DNA of 64,000 bases from Candidatus Acidiferrum sp. Lineage in GTDB: Bacteria; Chloroflexota; Dormibacteria; CF-121. The stretch is taken from contig DATNMH010000052.1 of NCBI GenBank assembly GCA_035602395.1, positions 2,829 to 66,828 on the forward strand, read 5' to 3'. The translations under genes and the position numbers were made by a program. Below are positions 17,851-27,831 of this stretch, piece by piece (position 1 is the stretch's first letter; every line of letters begins with the position of its first letter). Under the pieces are notes generated by a model. It was not told where the DNA came from. It did not search any database and worked only from the letters and a program-made list of their open reading frames with translations.

Positions 17851-18306
17851 ATGCCAGAGCTTCAGTTCGATTGTCACCTCGAGTCCGACCAGGGCGCGTG
17901 CTTCATTCGGGTGCCGGCCGAGGTGCTGACCACGCTCGGCGAGCGCAAACGCGCGCCGGTCAAGGTGACGATCAACGCCACCACCTACCGAACCACGATC
18001 GCGGTGTACGGCGGCAGGTCCTATATCGGGGTGCGGCGCGAGGTCCGGGAGGCCGCGGGCGTCGCGGCCGGTGAGCCCCTGACGGTGGTCCTGGAATATG
18101 ACCCCGAGCTGCGAACGGTGGACCTCCCCGAGGCGCTGCGTGCAAAGCTCGAGGCCGATCCGAAGGCCGCGGCAGCCTTCGAGAAGCTCTCCTACACCCG
18201 CAAGAAGGAGTTCGTGCAGTGGATCACCGGCGCCAAGCTGGCGGAGACGCAGCGCCGCCGGCTGGCGCAGGCGATGGCGATGCTTCGCGGATCGGGCCGG
18301 CGCTAA
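17851..18306 (+). CDS. YdeI/OmpD-associated family protein (DUF1905 plus YdeI domains)
   Basis: C-terminal LSYTRKKEFVQWITGAKLAETQRRRL. Confidence 0.8.
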   Translation: MPELQFDCHLESDQGACFIRVPAEVLTTLGERKRAPVKVTINATTYRTTIAVYGGRSYIGVRREVREAAGVAAGEPLTVVLEYDPELRTVDLPEALRAKLEADPKAAAAFEKLSYTRKKEFVQWITGAKLAETQRRRLAQAMAMLRGSGRR

Positions 18307-18310
18307 GCCG

Positions 18311-18493
18311 TCAGGCGGCTTCGCGCTGCCGCAGTGAGAAGGCGATCCGATTGTCGAGCTGCCACTCTTCCTCGAGCGCCAGGATGCTCAGGAGCAGCTC
18401 TTCGTGGATGTCCTCGAGCTCGCGACGCCGCTCGATCGCATCCGCATCCAGCGGCTTGGGAACGAGCGCCTCGAACTTCTCGGAGGCATCCAT
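18311..18493 (-). CDS. hypothetical acidic small protein
   Basis: 60-aa ORF with GAAGGA about 12 nt upstream. No homology recognised. Confidence 0.3.
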   Translation of the reverse strand: MDASEKFEALVPKPLDADAIERRRELEDIHEELLLSILALEEEWQLDNRIAFSLRQREAA

Positions 18494-18633
18494 TGCTGAG
18501 TCACATCCTTCTAGCCTCCGTTCTAGCGCGACAGTATTAAGGACGCATTAGCGATCCGCGCTTCTTGCGAAGCGGGCGCAGCACTGTGCCGCGCCCGTCA
18601 CCGTTTTGTCAGGGTGGCGGGATTCCCGCCTGC

Positions 18634-20259
18634 TTACTCAGATGGGTGAGCGGCCGCCGGTGCTTTGAGCGCCTGTTCGCGGATCACCTTCTTGTCGAAT
18701 TTCCCCACACTGGTCTTCGGGATCTCATCGACAAAGCGAACCTCGTCCGGCAGCCACCACTTGGCGACCAGGGGCGTAAGGAAGTCGATGATATCCGCCT
18801 GCGTGAGGGCGCCTTTGAATTCCGGCTTGGCGACGATGTAGGCGACCGGACGTTCCTGCCACTTCGGATGTGGCACCCCGATGACGGCCGCCTCGAGGAC
18901 TTTCGGATGGCCCATGATGGCGGACTCCAGCTCCACCGACGAGATCCATTCGCCGCCGGATTTGACCAGGTCCTTGGTCCGATCGACGATCTGGATATAG
19001 CCCTCCGCATCGACGTTGGCGACATCCCCGGTGCGTAACCAGCCGTCGGCCGTAAAGCGTTCGGCGTCGACGCCGCGATAGTAGCTGGCGGTCACCCAGG
19101 GCCCGCGCACCTGGATCTCACCCACACTCTTCCCGTCCCAGGGGACTGGCGCGCCGGTGTCGACGTTGGCGAGGCGCAGCTCGACGCCGGCGATCGGGAA
19201 TCCCGCTTTGAGCCGTACCTGTTTGCGATCGCCCTCCGGCGTGTAGCTCTTCATGGTGGCGACGGCCGCGACCGGCGAGGTCTCGGTCATGCCCCATCCC
19301 TGGTTGGTATCGATGCCGTGTCGGGTGAGGCCATCGTAGAGTCCGGCCGATAATGCGGAGCCGCCGACGAACATGCGCAATCCATCCAGGTTGGTGCCGG
19401 TCTTGTCCAGGTGTTGCAGCAGCGCGATCCAGACACTGGGTACGCCCGCGGTGAAGGTGACGCGTTCCTCCCGGAAGAGGTCGATCAGGCTGACCGGGTC
19501 CAAAAAGCGGTCGGGAAAGACGAGCTTGGAGCCGAGCATGGTCGCTCCATACGCGAGACCCCACGCATTGGCATGGAACATGGGAACGACAGGGAGAATG
19601 CTGTCCGACTCCGCCAGCCCGATGCCACCGCCGATCGCGATGCCGTAGGAGTGCAGGACGGAGGAGCGGTGACTGTACACGATGCCCTTCGGCTTGCCGG
19701 TGGTGCCCGACGTGTAGCACATCGCCGCCGCGTCCCGCTCGTCCAGGTCCGGCCAGGGATAGATGGTTGGGCGGTTGGCGATCAGCTCCTCATAGGACGC
19801 CAGCGGCTTGAGCTCGCCGTTCGGGGAGGGGCCATCCGTCATGACCACGAACTGCTTGACACCCTTGAGGCTCGACGCGATGCGTTGGAGTGCCGGCACC
19901 AGCGAGGCGTCGACGAAGATGACCTTGTCCTCGGCGTCGTTGATCACGAACTCGAGGTGCTCGGGGAAGAGGCGGGGATTCAACGTGTGCAACACGGCGC
20001 CGGAGCAGGGCACCGCGAAGTAGAGCTCCAGGTGGCGGTAGTTGTTCCAGGCGAGCGTCCCCACCCGGTCGCCGGGTCCGACGCCGAGCTCCCCCAGCGC
20101 GTGCGCCAACTGGGCCACCCGGCGGCCGAAGTCGGCGTAGGTATAGCGGTGGCGCCCGGTCTCTCGCCGGGTCACGATCTCTTTGGTGGGGAAGAGGGTG
20201 GTCGAACGCCAGAGGAAGTGCTGCAGCGTCAGGGGGAAGTCGGGCATTGTGCTCTGCAT
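18634..20259 (-). CDS. long-chain fatty-acid--CoA ligase (AMP-binding enzyme)
   Basis: 541 aa with AMP-binding motifs ([28 protein letters not shown]). Confidence 0.9.
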   Translation of the reverse strand: MQSTMPDFPLTLQHFLWRSTTLFPTKEIVTRRETGRHRYTYADFGRRVAQLAHALGELGVGPGDRVGTLAWNNYRHLELYFAVPCSGAVLHTLNPRLFPEHLEFVINDAEDKVIFVDASLVPALQRIASSLKGVKQFVVMTDGPSPNGELKPLASYEELIANRPTIYPWPDLDERDAAAMCYTSGTTGKPKGIVYSHRSSVLHSYGIAIGGGIGLAESDSILPVVPMFHANAWGLAYGATMLGSKLVFPDRFLDPVSLIDLFREERVTFTAGVPSVWIALLQHLDKTGTNLDGLRMFVGGSALSAGLYDGLTRHGIDTNQGWGMTETSPVAAVATMKSYTPEGDRKQVRLKAGFPIAGVELRLANVDTGAPVPWDGKSVGEIQVRGPWVTASYYRGVDAERFTADGWLRTGDVANVDAEGYIQIVDRTKDLVKSGGEWISSVELESAIMGHPKVLEAAVIGVPHPKWQERPVAYIVAKPEFKGALTQADIIDFLTPLVAKWWLPDEVRFVDEIPKTSVGKFDKKVIREQALKAPAAAHPSE

Positions 20260-20420
20260 CGGGATCCGCGCCTCCTTCAGCCGGCTACCCGGCCGCCGTT
20301 TTTGGTCGTCGCAATACCACCCATGATATGCTTGATTTTGGGCGCTGTCAGCCCGGTCATGGCACGCCCGGAAAACGCAAGTGGACCGGGGATAACTTTG
20401 CGAAGGAGCTAGCGGCAGAC

Positions 20421-20624
20421 GTGGCGCAGAACGGAACGATCAAGCGACTCGTGATGGATCGCGGTTTTGGATTCTTGAGCGGCGAGGACGGCAAGGAGTA
20501 CTTCTTCCACCGGTCGTCCGTCGAGGGCTCTTTCGAGGGGTTGCAAGAGGGGCAAAAGGTCAGCTTCGATGTCGAAGCATCTGCTCCCAAGGGGCCGCGG
20601 GCCTCGCGGGTGCGCGTCGCCTAA
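20421..20624 (+). CDS. cold-shock domain protein
   Basis: GTIKRLVMDRGFGFLSGEDGKEYFFH (RNP1/RNP2-like). GTG 20421 with GAAGGAG upstream. About 160-nt putative 5' UTR. Confidence 0.8.
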   Translation: MAQNGTIKRLVMDRGFGFLSGEDGKEYFFHRSSVEGSFEGLQEGQKVSFDVEASAPKGPRASRVRVA

Positions 20625-20646
20625 GACTCACTAAACCCGGAATCCG

Positions 20647-20680
20647 AAAGGCCCGAGCTGTGCGCCGGGCCTTTTTGTTT
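20647..20680 (+). terminator. rho-independent terminator (between csp and convergent arsM)
   Basis: AAAGGCCCG-N10-CGGGCCUUU stem followed by UUUGUUU. Confidence 0.75.
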
Positions 20681-20684
20681 GCCG

Positions 20685-21455
20685 TCAGCGCTTGGCGGCG
20701 CGGATGAAGGCGCTGGCGATTTTTCCTGATCCTTGTGGCAAGCCGGCTTCGCCGGGCCCGTAGGTGTTGGTGATCTCGATCTCGACGGCGTCGAAGCCAG
20801 CGTCGACCACGGCGGCGCGATATTCGTCGACCGGGATGGTGCCAGCCACGCAGCCGGCCCAGGCGTTGATGGCCGACTTGACCTGCGCCGGTAGTGGCTC
20901 CAGCTCGACCATGTCCGAGACGGCGAACCGTCCGCCTGGCCGCAGAACCCGGAACGCCTCCTTCAGAACCGCCGTCTTGTCGGCGGCGAGGTTGATGACA
21001 CAGTTGGAGATGACGACGTCGACCGCCGCATCGGCCAGTGGGATCGCCTCGATCGTTCCCTTGAGGAAGGTCGCGTTCTCGACGCCGGCGCGTGCTTTGT
21101 TCTCATTGGCGAGCGTCAGCATCTCGTCCGTCATGTCGACACCGTAGGCGTGGCCGCCGGGGGCAACCCGTCGCGCCGAGAGCAGCACATCGAGGCCCGC
21201 GCCACTTCCGAGATCGAGCACGACCTCACCGGCATGCAACTGCGCCAGCGCCGTCGGATTGCCGCAGCCGAGGCTGGCCCCGAGCGAGAGGCCGAGGTCG
21301 GCGACTTCGGCTTTCGAGTACTCCTCTTCGCCGATGGGACCGCTGAGGGCATCCGATCCACCGCAACAGCTCGGGTCGCAGCAGCTGCCGCCATCACGTA
21401 ACTTGATCGCGGTCTCCGCGTACTTCGCTCGGACGGACTCCCGAATCGTGTCCAT
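20685..21455 (-). CDS. arsM: arsenite S-adenosylmethionine methyltransferase
   Basis: Cys-rich N-terminus (GGSCCDPSCCGG) plus SAM motif VLDLGSGAGLD and VISNCVINL. Start at ATG 21455 with GGGAGGG upstream. Confidence 0.9.
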   Translation of the reverse strand: MDTIRESVRAKYAETAIKLRDGGSCCDPSCCGGSDALSGPIGEEEYSKAEVADLGLSLGASLGCGNPTALAQLHAGEVVLDLGSGAGLDVLLSARRVAPGGHAYGVDMTDEMLTLANENKARAGVENATFLKGTIEAIPLADAAVDVVISNCVINLAADKTAVLKEAFRVLRPGGRFAVSDMVELEPLPAQVKSAINAWAGCVAGTIPVDEYRAAVVDAGFDAVEIEITNTYGPGEAGLPQGSGKIASAFIRAAKR

Positions 21456-21481
21456 GAAACCCTCCCGGGAGAGATTGATAT

Positions 21482-21540
21482 CTGTCGATGGGATGGTAGC
21501 AAACCCATAGACAGTTGTCAATGGAACTGCTACACTGACA
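21482..21540. promoter_or_regulatory. divergent arsM/arsR control region with nested inverted repeats (candidate ArsR operator)
   Basis: GACA-GT-TGTC palindrome (21510-21519), TGTCA-N15-TGACA (21516-21540) and CTGTC...GACAG (21482-21514). Confidence 0.3.
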
Positions 21541-21542
21541 GG

Positions 21543-21881
21543 GTGAAGGCCGTCCTGCCGGAGCGCGTCAAGGGTGTCTGCTGCCCGCCGTCGATGCCGA
21601 TGGCGCTTACGAAAGTGGATCATTCGGTGGAGGTCTTGAAGGCGCTGGCCGATCCCACGCGTCTGCAAATGATCAGCATCCTGAAAAATTCGGCGGCGCC
21701 GGTCTGCATTTGTGACTTCACCGCGGCTTTCGATTTGAGCCAGCCGACCATTTCGCATCACATGGCGAAGTTACGGGAAGCTGGACTGGTCGACGTCAGC
21801 AAGGCCGGCATTTGGGCGTACTACCGGCTGGCGAGCCGCCTGGAGCAAAAGACCCGGGCGCTGCTCGACGTGCTGGTCTAG
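21543..21881 (+). CDS. arsR: ArsR/SmtB family metalloregulator
   Basis: LADPTRLQMISIL...VCICDF...SQPTISHHMAKLREAGLV. GTG start. Confidence 0.9.
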   Translation: MKAVLPERVKGVCCPPSMPMALTKVDHSVEVLKALADPTRLQMISILKNSAAPVCICDFTAAFDLSQPTISHHMAKLREAGLVDVSKAGIWAYYRLASRLEQKTRALLDVLV

Positions 21882-21888
21882 GGCGGCC

Positions 21889-22305
21889 ATGTCGAAGGTC
21901 CTGTTCGTCTGCACGCAAAACGCCGGCCGATCGCAGATGAGCGAGGCACTCTTTCGACGCGCGGCCGGCGGCCGACACGAGTCTCGCTCGGCGGGCACGC
22001 GTCCGGCGGAGCACGTCCACCCGGTGGTCGCCGAGGCGATGCGCGAGATCGGCATCGACGTCTCTGGGAACCGACCGCAGAAACTCACGGACGAGCTGGG
22101 TCAATGGGCTGACATCGTCGTCACCATGGGGTGTGGGGATGAGTGCCCCTACATCCCTGGAAAGAAATACGTCGACTGGGATCTCACCGATCCCGCGGAT
22201 AAGTCTCTGGCTGAAGTCCGCGCCATTCGCGACGACATCAAGACACGCGTGAGCGACCTCGTTGTCGAGTTGGACTCGCGAAGGGCCGTTCGCTCAGCGA
22301 GCTAG
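21889..22305 (+). CDS. arsC: arsenate reductase, LMW-PTPase type
   Basis: P-loop VLFVCTQNAGRSQM and downstream GCGDECP. Confidence 0.9.
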   Translation: MSKVLFVCTQNAGRSQMSEALFRRAAGGRHESRSAGTRPAEHVHPVVAEAMREIGIDVSGNRPQKLTDELGQWADIVVTMGCGDECPYIPGKKYVDWDLTDPADKSLAEVRAIRDDIKTRVSDLVVELDSRRAVRSAS

Positions 22306-22772
22306 GGAAGCCAGATCTCGCTCGCCGACTGGACGTCGGTGATCCACCAGCGTCCGTCGATATCGACCAGCGTGTAGTGGTAGTAACCGAGGAAGCGATG
22401 AGTCGTCCGCCGACCCAGGCCGACGCCCTTTTCTGCGTCAGGAACCAGCCGGTAGATCCACTCTTCCTTGGTCGTCACGTTGACGTTCTGGGGGCTCGCT
22501 TCCAGGCCGTAGGCGGAGAGCTCGACCTTGCCGATTTGCAGGTAGGCCGTGTAGGAGACGTCGAGCACCTCGCAGGTGATGTCGAGACGGGCGGCGGGGA
22601 AGGACTCGAAGTCGCCCGAAAGGTCGTGCGCGACCTGGGAGAGCATCGGCTCCAGGTAGACCTCGCGCAACACGTCGGCGTCACGGTTGTTGTACGCCTG
22701 CTGGTTGAGCTTGATCGACCGAAGGACGGTGTCCTTGATCGCCGAGACGTTGAACGCGGTCTCGCGCTGCAC
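22302..22772 (-). CDS. hypothetical protein
   Basis: 156-aa ORF with coding-like codon bias. No family recognised. Confidence 0.5.
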   Translation of the reverse strand: MQRETAFNVSAIKDTVLRSIKLNQQAYNNRDADVLREVYLEPMLSQVAHDLSGDFESFPAARLDITCEVLDVSYTAYLQIGKVELSAYGLEASPQNVNVTTKEEWIYRLVPDAEKGVGLGRRTTHRFLGYYHYTLVDIDGRWWITDVQSASEIWLP

Positions 22773-22928
22773 GCCTAGAGGGTATCAAAGGCCAGAGCGA
22801 CATCCGATTCCGGACGATCGTGTGACGGTTGCGTAAAGCCTTGTGAAACCGGGGGCCACCGGGACCCGCGGCGGCATCGTAGTGCGAAGCAATGCCCTCG
22901 ATCCGCGTCAAATCAATGCGCACTGACC

Positions 22929-22954
22929 GCCCCCTTTTCCGGGCCGGAGGGGGC
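22929..22954 (+). promoter_or_regulatory. hairpin overlapping the SD sequence of the first kinase gene
   Basis: GCCCCCU-N12-AGGGGGC. The 3' arm contains GGAGGGGG, 3 nt before GTG 22957. Confidence 0.25.
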
Positions 22955-22956
22955 TA

Positions 22957-25050
22957 GTGCCTAAAGAGGGCTTTGTGACCAAACCGCACTCGGCGTCCAG
23001 CTTCCGGACCCGCTTCAACTGGCGTCTCTGGGTGGTGTTGGGGGCCCTGACCGAACTCTTCCTCATCTACGTCGCGCGCTGGTGGGCGCCCTCGCCGGTC
23101 ACCTACTTCCTGGCGGTGCTCTTCCTGCCGGTGATGGTCCTGACCGGCTTCTGGTCCTCCAAGTACTTCAAGCTGGTCCAGCTGAATCTCGAGCTCTCCC
23201 GGCGGGCCGATCAGAACCTCCAGGAGCTGAGCCACTTCTTCGAGACGGCGACCGCGGTCTCCAACCTCACCAAGCTCGGCGAGGACCTGGGCACGCTCAC
23301 CCTGAAGCTGGCGGAGCTGCTCGATGTGGAGATGTGCGGCTTCTTCCTCTACCAGAACGGCCTCGAGGCGCTGATCGCGCCAGCCGCGCCCTCAGGGATG
23401 CGGGAGAGCCGGCTCTTCAACCAGATGCGTCTCAACCAGCTCCGCTTCGGCGCCAACGCATCGACACTGATCGGCCGGGTCTTCGTCACCCAGCAGCCGG
23501 TCATCATCGCCGACTGCCTGCACGACATCGAGGCCGGCCAGCTGCTGCCGCAGACGTTCGGGTACCACGACCTTCTTCTGGTGCCACTCGGCTTCGGTGG
23601 CCGCCCGCTCGGTGTCCTGATGCTGGCCAACAAGCGCAATGGGCAGTTCAGCGGCAACTATGACGTCAAGCTCGCCGCCTCGCTCGGAGCCGAGGTCGCC
23701 GTTTCGCTCGAGAACACGTTCCTCTTCGAGCAAACCCGCCAGCAGGCGCTGCGGCTCGACGCGTCGATGGAGATGCTGCGCCAGGTCTCGCAGGCGCTGA
23801 CGGCGACCACGGTGGGACCGACGGCCCTGCTGCAGGGCGTCGCTCGCGCCGTGATCGGCGTCTCGGGCGCCGCCTCCTGTCTCATCACCCTGACCCAGTC
23901 CGGCAACCCCGCGCAGCAGGCGGTCGAGGTGGGGGAGGGTGCGGACCCCCGACTCCACGCCGATGCCGCGACGCCGGCGGTCCCCGGGCTCGTCACCCAG
24001 GTCGTGATCGAGCAGCGACCCGTCTTCTCCGAGGACGTCCAGCTCGACGGTCGCTTCCCGCTCGATCCGTTCGCCCAGAAGTCCGGCTGGCGGGCTGCCC
24101 TCGGGCTACCGATGTTCCTCGAGCGAGAGTTCGTCGGTACGGTGTCGGTCTACTTTCACGACGTCCGCGCCTTCGATGCCACCCTGATGCAGGTGCTGCA
24201 AATCCTCGCCAACCAGGCCGCGGTCGCCCTCGACAACGCGCGTCGGTTCCAGCGGGAGCGTCAAACGATCCAGATGTTGCAGCGCGCCAACCTGGAACTG
24301 CAGGAAGCCGACCGCATGAAGTCCGAGTTCCTGACCAACATGTCTCACGAGCTCCGCACGCCGCTGAATGCGATCATCGGGTTCTCGGAGATCATCCGTA
24401 CCACCCCCGAGCTTTCTGAAGGCGAGCGCGAAGAGTTCGCGGGGACGATCCACAGCAGCGGCCGCCGGTTGCTGAAGTTGATCAACGACATCCTGCAACT
24501 GACCCACATCCAGGCCGGCCGGCTCGAGCTTCATCCCGCGCCCTGCGTGCTGGCCGAAGCCGTTGACGCGGCGCTGTCGGAAAATGCCGCGGCCGCCAAC
24601 CAGAAAGAGCTCACCGTCACCTCCCAGGTGGACCGGGCGATGCAGGTCGTCTTCGATCCCCAAAGCCTTCGCCACATCGTGCACAACCTGGTCAACAACG
24701 CGATCAAATTCACACCGCATCACGGGAGCGTGATCATCAGCGCCTCCGAGGGCGCGCCCGGCACCATCGTCGAGGTCCGTGACAACGGGATCGGCATCAA
24801 GCCAGAGGACCAGCAACGCCTCTTCGAGGAGTTCCGCCAGGTCGACGGCTCGACCTCGCGCGGCTACGAAGGCGTCGGGCTCGGCCTGGCCCTCTCGAAA
24901 CGACTGGTGGAGCTGCAAGGCGGCCAGATCTGGGTGGAAAGCGCGCCCGGGCGAGGGAGTGTCTTTCGCTTCCTGATCCCGCGGCTGCCTATGCTCGCGG
25001 CGGTCCCGCCCCCGACGCTCGCGGAGGGACCCCTTCCGAGGGTGGCATGA
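22957..25050 (+). CDS. membrane GAF-GAF sensor histidine kinase
   Basis: N-terminal TM helices, two GAF-like regions, H-box SHELRTPLN, and N/G1/G2 boxes (NNAIKFT, DNGIGI, GVGLGLA). Confidence 0.9.
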   Translation: MPKEGFVTKPHSASSFRTRFNWRLWVVLGALTELFLIYVARWWAPSPVTYFLAVLFLPVMVLTGFWSSKYFKLVQLNLELSRRADQNLQELSHFFETATAVSNLTKLGEDLGTLTLKLAELLDVEMCGFFLYQNGLEALIAPAAPSGMRESRLFNQMRLNQLRFGANASTLIGRVFVTQQPVIIADCLHDIEAGQLLPQTFGYHDLLLVPLGFGGRPLGVLMLANKRNGQFSGNYDVKLAASLGAEVAVSLENTFLFEQTRQQALRLDASMEMLRQVSQALTATTVGPTALLQGVARAVIGVSGAASCLITLTQSGNPAQQAVEVGEGADPRLHADAATPAVPGLVTQVVIEQRPVFSEDVQLDGRFPLDPFAQKSGWRAALGLPMFLEREFVGTVSVYFHDVRAFDATLMQVLQILANQAAVALDNARRFQRERQTIQMLQRANLELQEADRMKSEFLTNMSHELRTPLNAIIGFSEIIRTTPELSEGEREEFAGTIHSSGRRLLKLINDILQLTHIQAGRLELHPAPCVLAEAVDAALSENAAAANQKELTVTSQVDRAMQVVFDPQSLRHIVHNLVNNAIKFTPHHGSVIISASEGAPGTIVEVRDNGIGIKPEDQQRLFEEFRQVDGSTSRGYEGVGLGLALSKRLVELQGGQIWVESAPGRGSVFRFLIPRLPMLAAVPPPTLAEGPLPRVA

Positions 25051-27476
25051 CCGAGCAGGGTACGCCTCGCCGGATTCTGATCGCGGACGACGATCCCGAA
25101 CGCCTGCGCACCAGCGTCGAGCGGCTGCAGCAGGAAGGCTTTACCGTGCTCTCCGCGCAGGACGGCCTGGAGGCGCTCGACCGCGCTCGCGAGGAGCTGC
25201 CGGATGCCATCATCCTCAACCTGCTGCTGCGCCGGATCGACGGGCTTCGGGTTTGCGAGATCTTGAAGAGCAACCCGGCGACGACCAACATCCCCGTCCT
25301 CCTCACGGCGGGCGTCCACGTCGATGCCGACGAGGGCCAGCGAGCGCTCGCTGCCGGCGCCGACCGATTTCTGAGCGACCTCAGCCCACTGTCGACCGGC
25401 TCCGGACGCGAACTGGGGAGCCAGGATCTGGTGCAGGCCGTGCGCACCATGCTCGGCGCCGAGCCGGAGCTCGAAGCGCGTCCCATCCTGCTCGCGATCG
25501 ACGACGATCCCGATAACCGCGCCTTCCTCACCAAGGCGGTGGCAAAGCAGGGCTTCGAGGTGGTGACGGCGCCAAACGCCACTCAGGCGCGCCGCCAGCT
25601 CGACTCACGCCGGCCGGCGCTGATCTTCCTCGATGTTCAGATGCCGGAGGAGAGCGGGTTGGCCCTGCTGCCCCAAATGCTGCGCGACTACCCCGAATCG
25701 GTGGTCGTCATGATGACCGCCTACGGGTCGGAACAGGTCGCCGCCGAAGCGCTGCGCGGGGGCGCCGACGACTACATCGCCAAACCGATCGACCTGCAGC
25801 GCCTGCGCGCGCTGCTGGAGCGCAACCTCGACAAGCAGCGGCTGCGCGCCGAGCGGCAGAGTCTGGTGGCGCGGCTGAAGGATTCGAATCGATACCTGAT
25901 GCGACAGCACGCCGCGCTCCGCCGAGCGGACGAAGAAATCCTCCAGATCAACCGGCAGCTGGAGCAGTCGAACCGCTACAAATCAGAATTCCTCGCCAAC
26001 ATGTCGCATGAGCTGCGCACCCCGCTGAACGCCGTCCTCGGCTTCAGCGAAATCCTGCTCGACGCGACCATGAACCTGACGAGCGGCGAACGCACCGAGT
26101 TCCTTCGCAACATCCACAGCAGCGGCCAGCACCTGCTGGGGCTGATCAACGACATCCTCGACCTGGCCAAAATCGAGGCCGGCAAGATGGAACTGCACGC
26201 CGAAGAGATGCCGGTGGCGGAGGCGCTCCAGGAAGTCACCTCGATCCTGGAACCCATGGCCCGCCAGCAGGGGCTGCAGCTGATCCTGGCCGGACTGGCC
26301 GACGTGGGCGTCATCAAAGCGGATCGCAGCAAGTTCAAGCAGGTGCTGTACAACCTGCTCTCGAACGCCGTCAAGTTCACCCCGCCGCCCGGTCAGATCA
26401 CGGTCACGGTCAAGGATTCGCCCGAGCAGCTGACCGTCTCGGTGCACGACACCGGTATCGGGATGAAGGAAGAGGACCTGCCCAAGCTCTTCCGCGAGTT
26501 CGAGCAGATCGACGGCTCCTACACCCGCCGCTACCAGGGCACCGGCCTCGGGCTCGCGCTCTGCCGCCGCTTCGTGGAGATGCACGGCGGCCGGATCTGG
26601 GCGGAGAGCCATTTTGGCAAAGGCTCGACGTTTACCTTCACCATCCCCCGGGACGCGCGGCTCGGGCCCGCGGCCGAGCCCGCCGTGGACGAGGCGCAGA
26701 CGGTCGAATCCATGGAGCTGCCCCTGGTCCTCGTGGTCGAGGACGACCCGGCCAGCAGTCAGCGCTTGACCGCCGAGATCCAGGGGGTGGGCTTTCGGGT
26801 GGCGCACGCGGTCGACGGCAACGAGGCCGTGCGCAAGGCGATGGAGATCCTGCCCGACCTGATCGTGATCGAGACCGTGCTGCCGGTGAAGGACGGCTGG
26901 CAGGTGCTGACAGAGCTGCGCGCCCGCGCGGCCACCGCCGACGTCCCGGTGCTGGTCTGCTCGGTGACCAAAAACCAGCAGCTGATGACCGAGTTTGGCG
27001 TGGTCGGCTACGTCGCGAAACCGTGGGCGACCAAAACCATGCAGGATGAGCTCCGCCGGGTCGGGCTGGGGATCAAGCGACGCCGCGACCGGGTCCGGGT
27101 GTTACTGGTCCACCGCGAGCGGCGGGCGCTGGCGCCGCTGGCGGCCGCCCTGGTGGAGGAAGGTTTTGAGGTCTTTCGGGCGCCCGGGCTGCAGGAGGCC
27201 CTCGAAAAGGCACGGGCGGCGGCGCCCGACGTCGTCGTGCTGGCGCCACCTGAGCCGGAATGGGTCCTGGGCCTGCGCGGGCTGCCCGGGCAACCCGCTT
27301 TGCTGGCCCTGGGTGAAGTTTCACCGAGGGTGCCAGCGACGGCGTGGAGCGCCGTTATACCTACCGGCCTCTCCGAGCCCGATGCCGTATTGCACGCCAT
27401 CAAGGGCCTGGACATCGTTCAGAGGCGAAGGAGGACAGGGCGTGACCGGCGGCAAGGTCTTGATCGTCGAAGATAA
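25047..27476 (+). CDS. hybrid histidine kinase: REC-like/REC/HisKA/HATPase/REC-like/REC-like
   Basis: 809 aa. H-box SHELRTPLN and HATPase boxes. Four receiver folds, of which only the second has a canonical Asp (IFLDVQMP). ATGA overlap with the upstream gene. Confidence 0.9.
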   Translation: MTEQGTPRRILIADDDPERLRTSVERLQQEGFTVLSAQDGLEALDRAREELPDAIILNLLLRRIDGLRVCEILKSNPATTNIPVLLTAGVHVDADEGQRALAAGADRFLSDLSPLSTGSGRELGSQDLVQAVRTMLGAEPELEARPILLAIDDDPDNRAFLTKAVAKQGFEVVTAPNATQARRQLDSRRPALIFLDVQMPEESGLALLPQMLRDYPESVVVMMTAYGSEQVAAEALRGGADDYIAKPIDLQRLRALLERNLDKQRLRAERQSLVARLKDSNRYLMRQHAALRRADEEILQINRQLEQSNRYKSEFLANMSHELRTPLNAVLGFSEILLDATMNLTSGERTEFLRNIHSSGQHLLGLINDILDLAKIEAGKMELHAEEMPVAEALQEVTSILEPMARQQGLQLILAGLADVGVIKADRSKFKQVLYNLLSNAVKFTPPPGQITVTVKDSPEQLTVSVHDTGIGMKEEDLPKLFREFEQIDGSYTRRYQGTGLGLALCRRFVEMHGGRIWAESHFGKGSTFTFTIPRDARLGPAAEPAVDEAQTVESMELPLVLVVEDDPASSQRLTAEIQGVGFRVAHAVDGNEAVRKAMEILPDLIVIETVLPVKDGWQVLTELRARAATADVPVLVCSVTKNQQLMTEFGVVGYVAKPWATKTMQDELRRVGLGIKRRRDRVRVLLVHRERRALAPLAAALVEEGFEVFRAPGLQEALEKARAAAPDVVVLAPPEPEWVLGLRGLPGQPALLALGEVSPRVPATAWSAVIPTGLSEPDAVLHAIKGLDIVQRRRRTGRDRRQGLDRRR

Positions 27477-27831
27477 TCCGGTCAATCTCAGGTTGGCCCA
27501 GTTCCTTCTGGAAAAAAAGGGCTTTACCGTCCGCAAGGCGGGCAGCGGCGCCGAATGCCTGGCGGAGATGGCCCGCGAGCTTCCGGACATCGTCCTGATG
27601 GACATCCAGCTTCCCAGCGAGGATGGGCTGGCGGTCACTCGCAAGATCCGCTCCGACCCACGCCTGGCGGGCGTGATCGTGGTCGCCCTGACGGCGCACG
27701 CCATGGCCGGTGACCGGGAACGAATCCTGGCGGCCGGCTGCGACGGCTATATCCCTAAGCCGGTCGACCCGCAGGGGCTGCCCGGCGAGGTGGCGCGGTA
27801 TCTCGAGCAAGGACGGTTGAAAACGGCCTGA
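27442..27831 (+). CDS. stand-alone CheY-like response regulator receiver
   Basis: VLIVEDNPVN...IVLMDIQLP...ALTAHAM...YIPKP. GTG 27442 with GAAGGAGGA upstream. Overlaps the upstream gene by 35 nt. Confidence 0.85.
   Translation: MTGGKVLIVEDNPVNLRLAQFLLEKKGFTVRKAGSGAECLAEMARELPDIVLMDIQLPSEDGLAVTRKIRSDPRLAGVIVVALTAHAMAGDRERILAAGCDGYIPKPVDPQGLPGEVARYLEQGRLKTA

Noticed and set aside
18540-18633. Hairpins downstream of the acyl-CoA ligase gene as terminators (GGCGGGAAUCCCGCC; GGGCGCGGCACAGUGCUGCGCCC on the minus strand)
   Set aside because: These are plausible stem-loops, but neither is followed by a U-tract and the second has a mismatch. Not confident enough to list as terminators.
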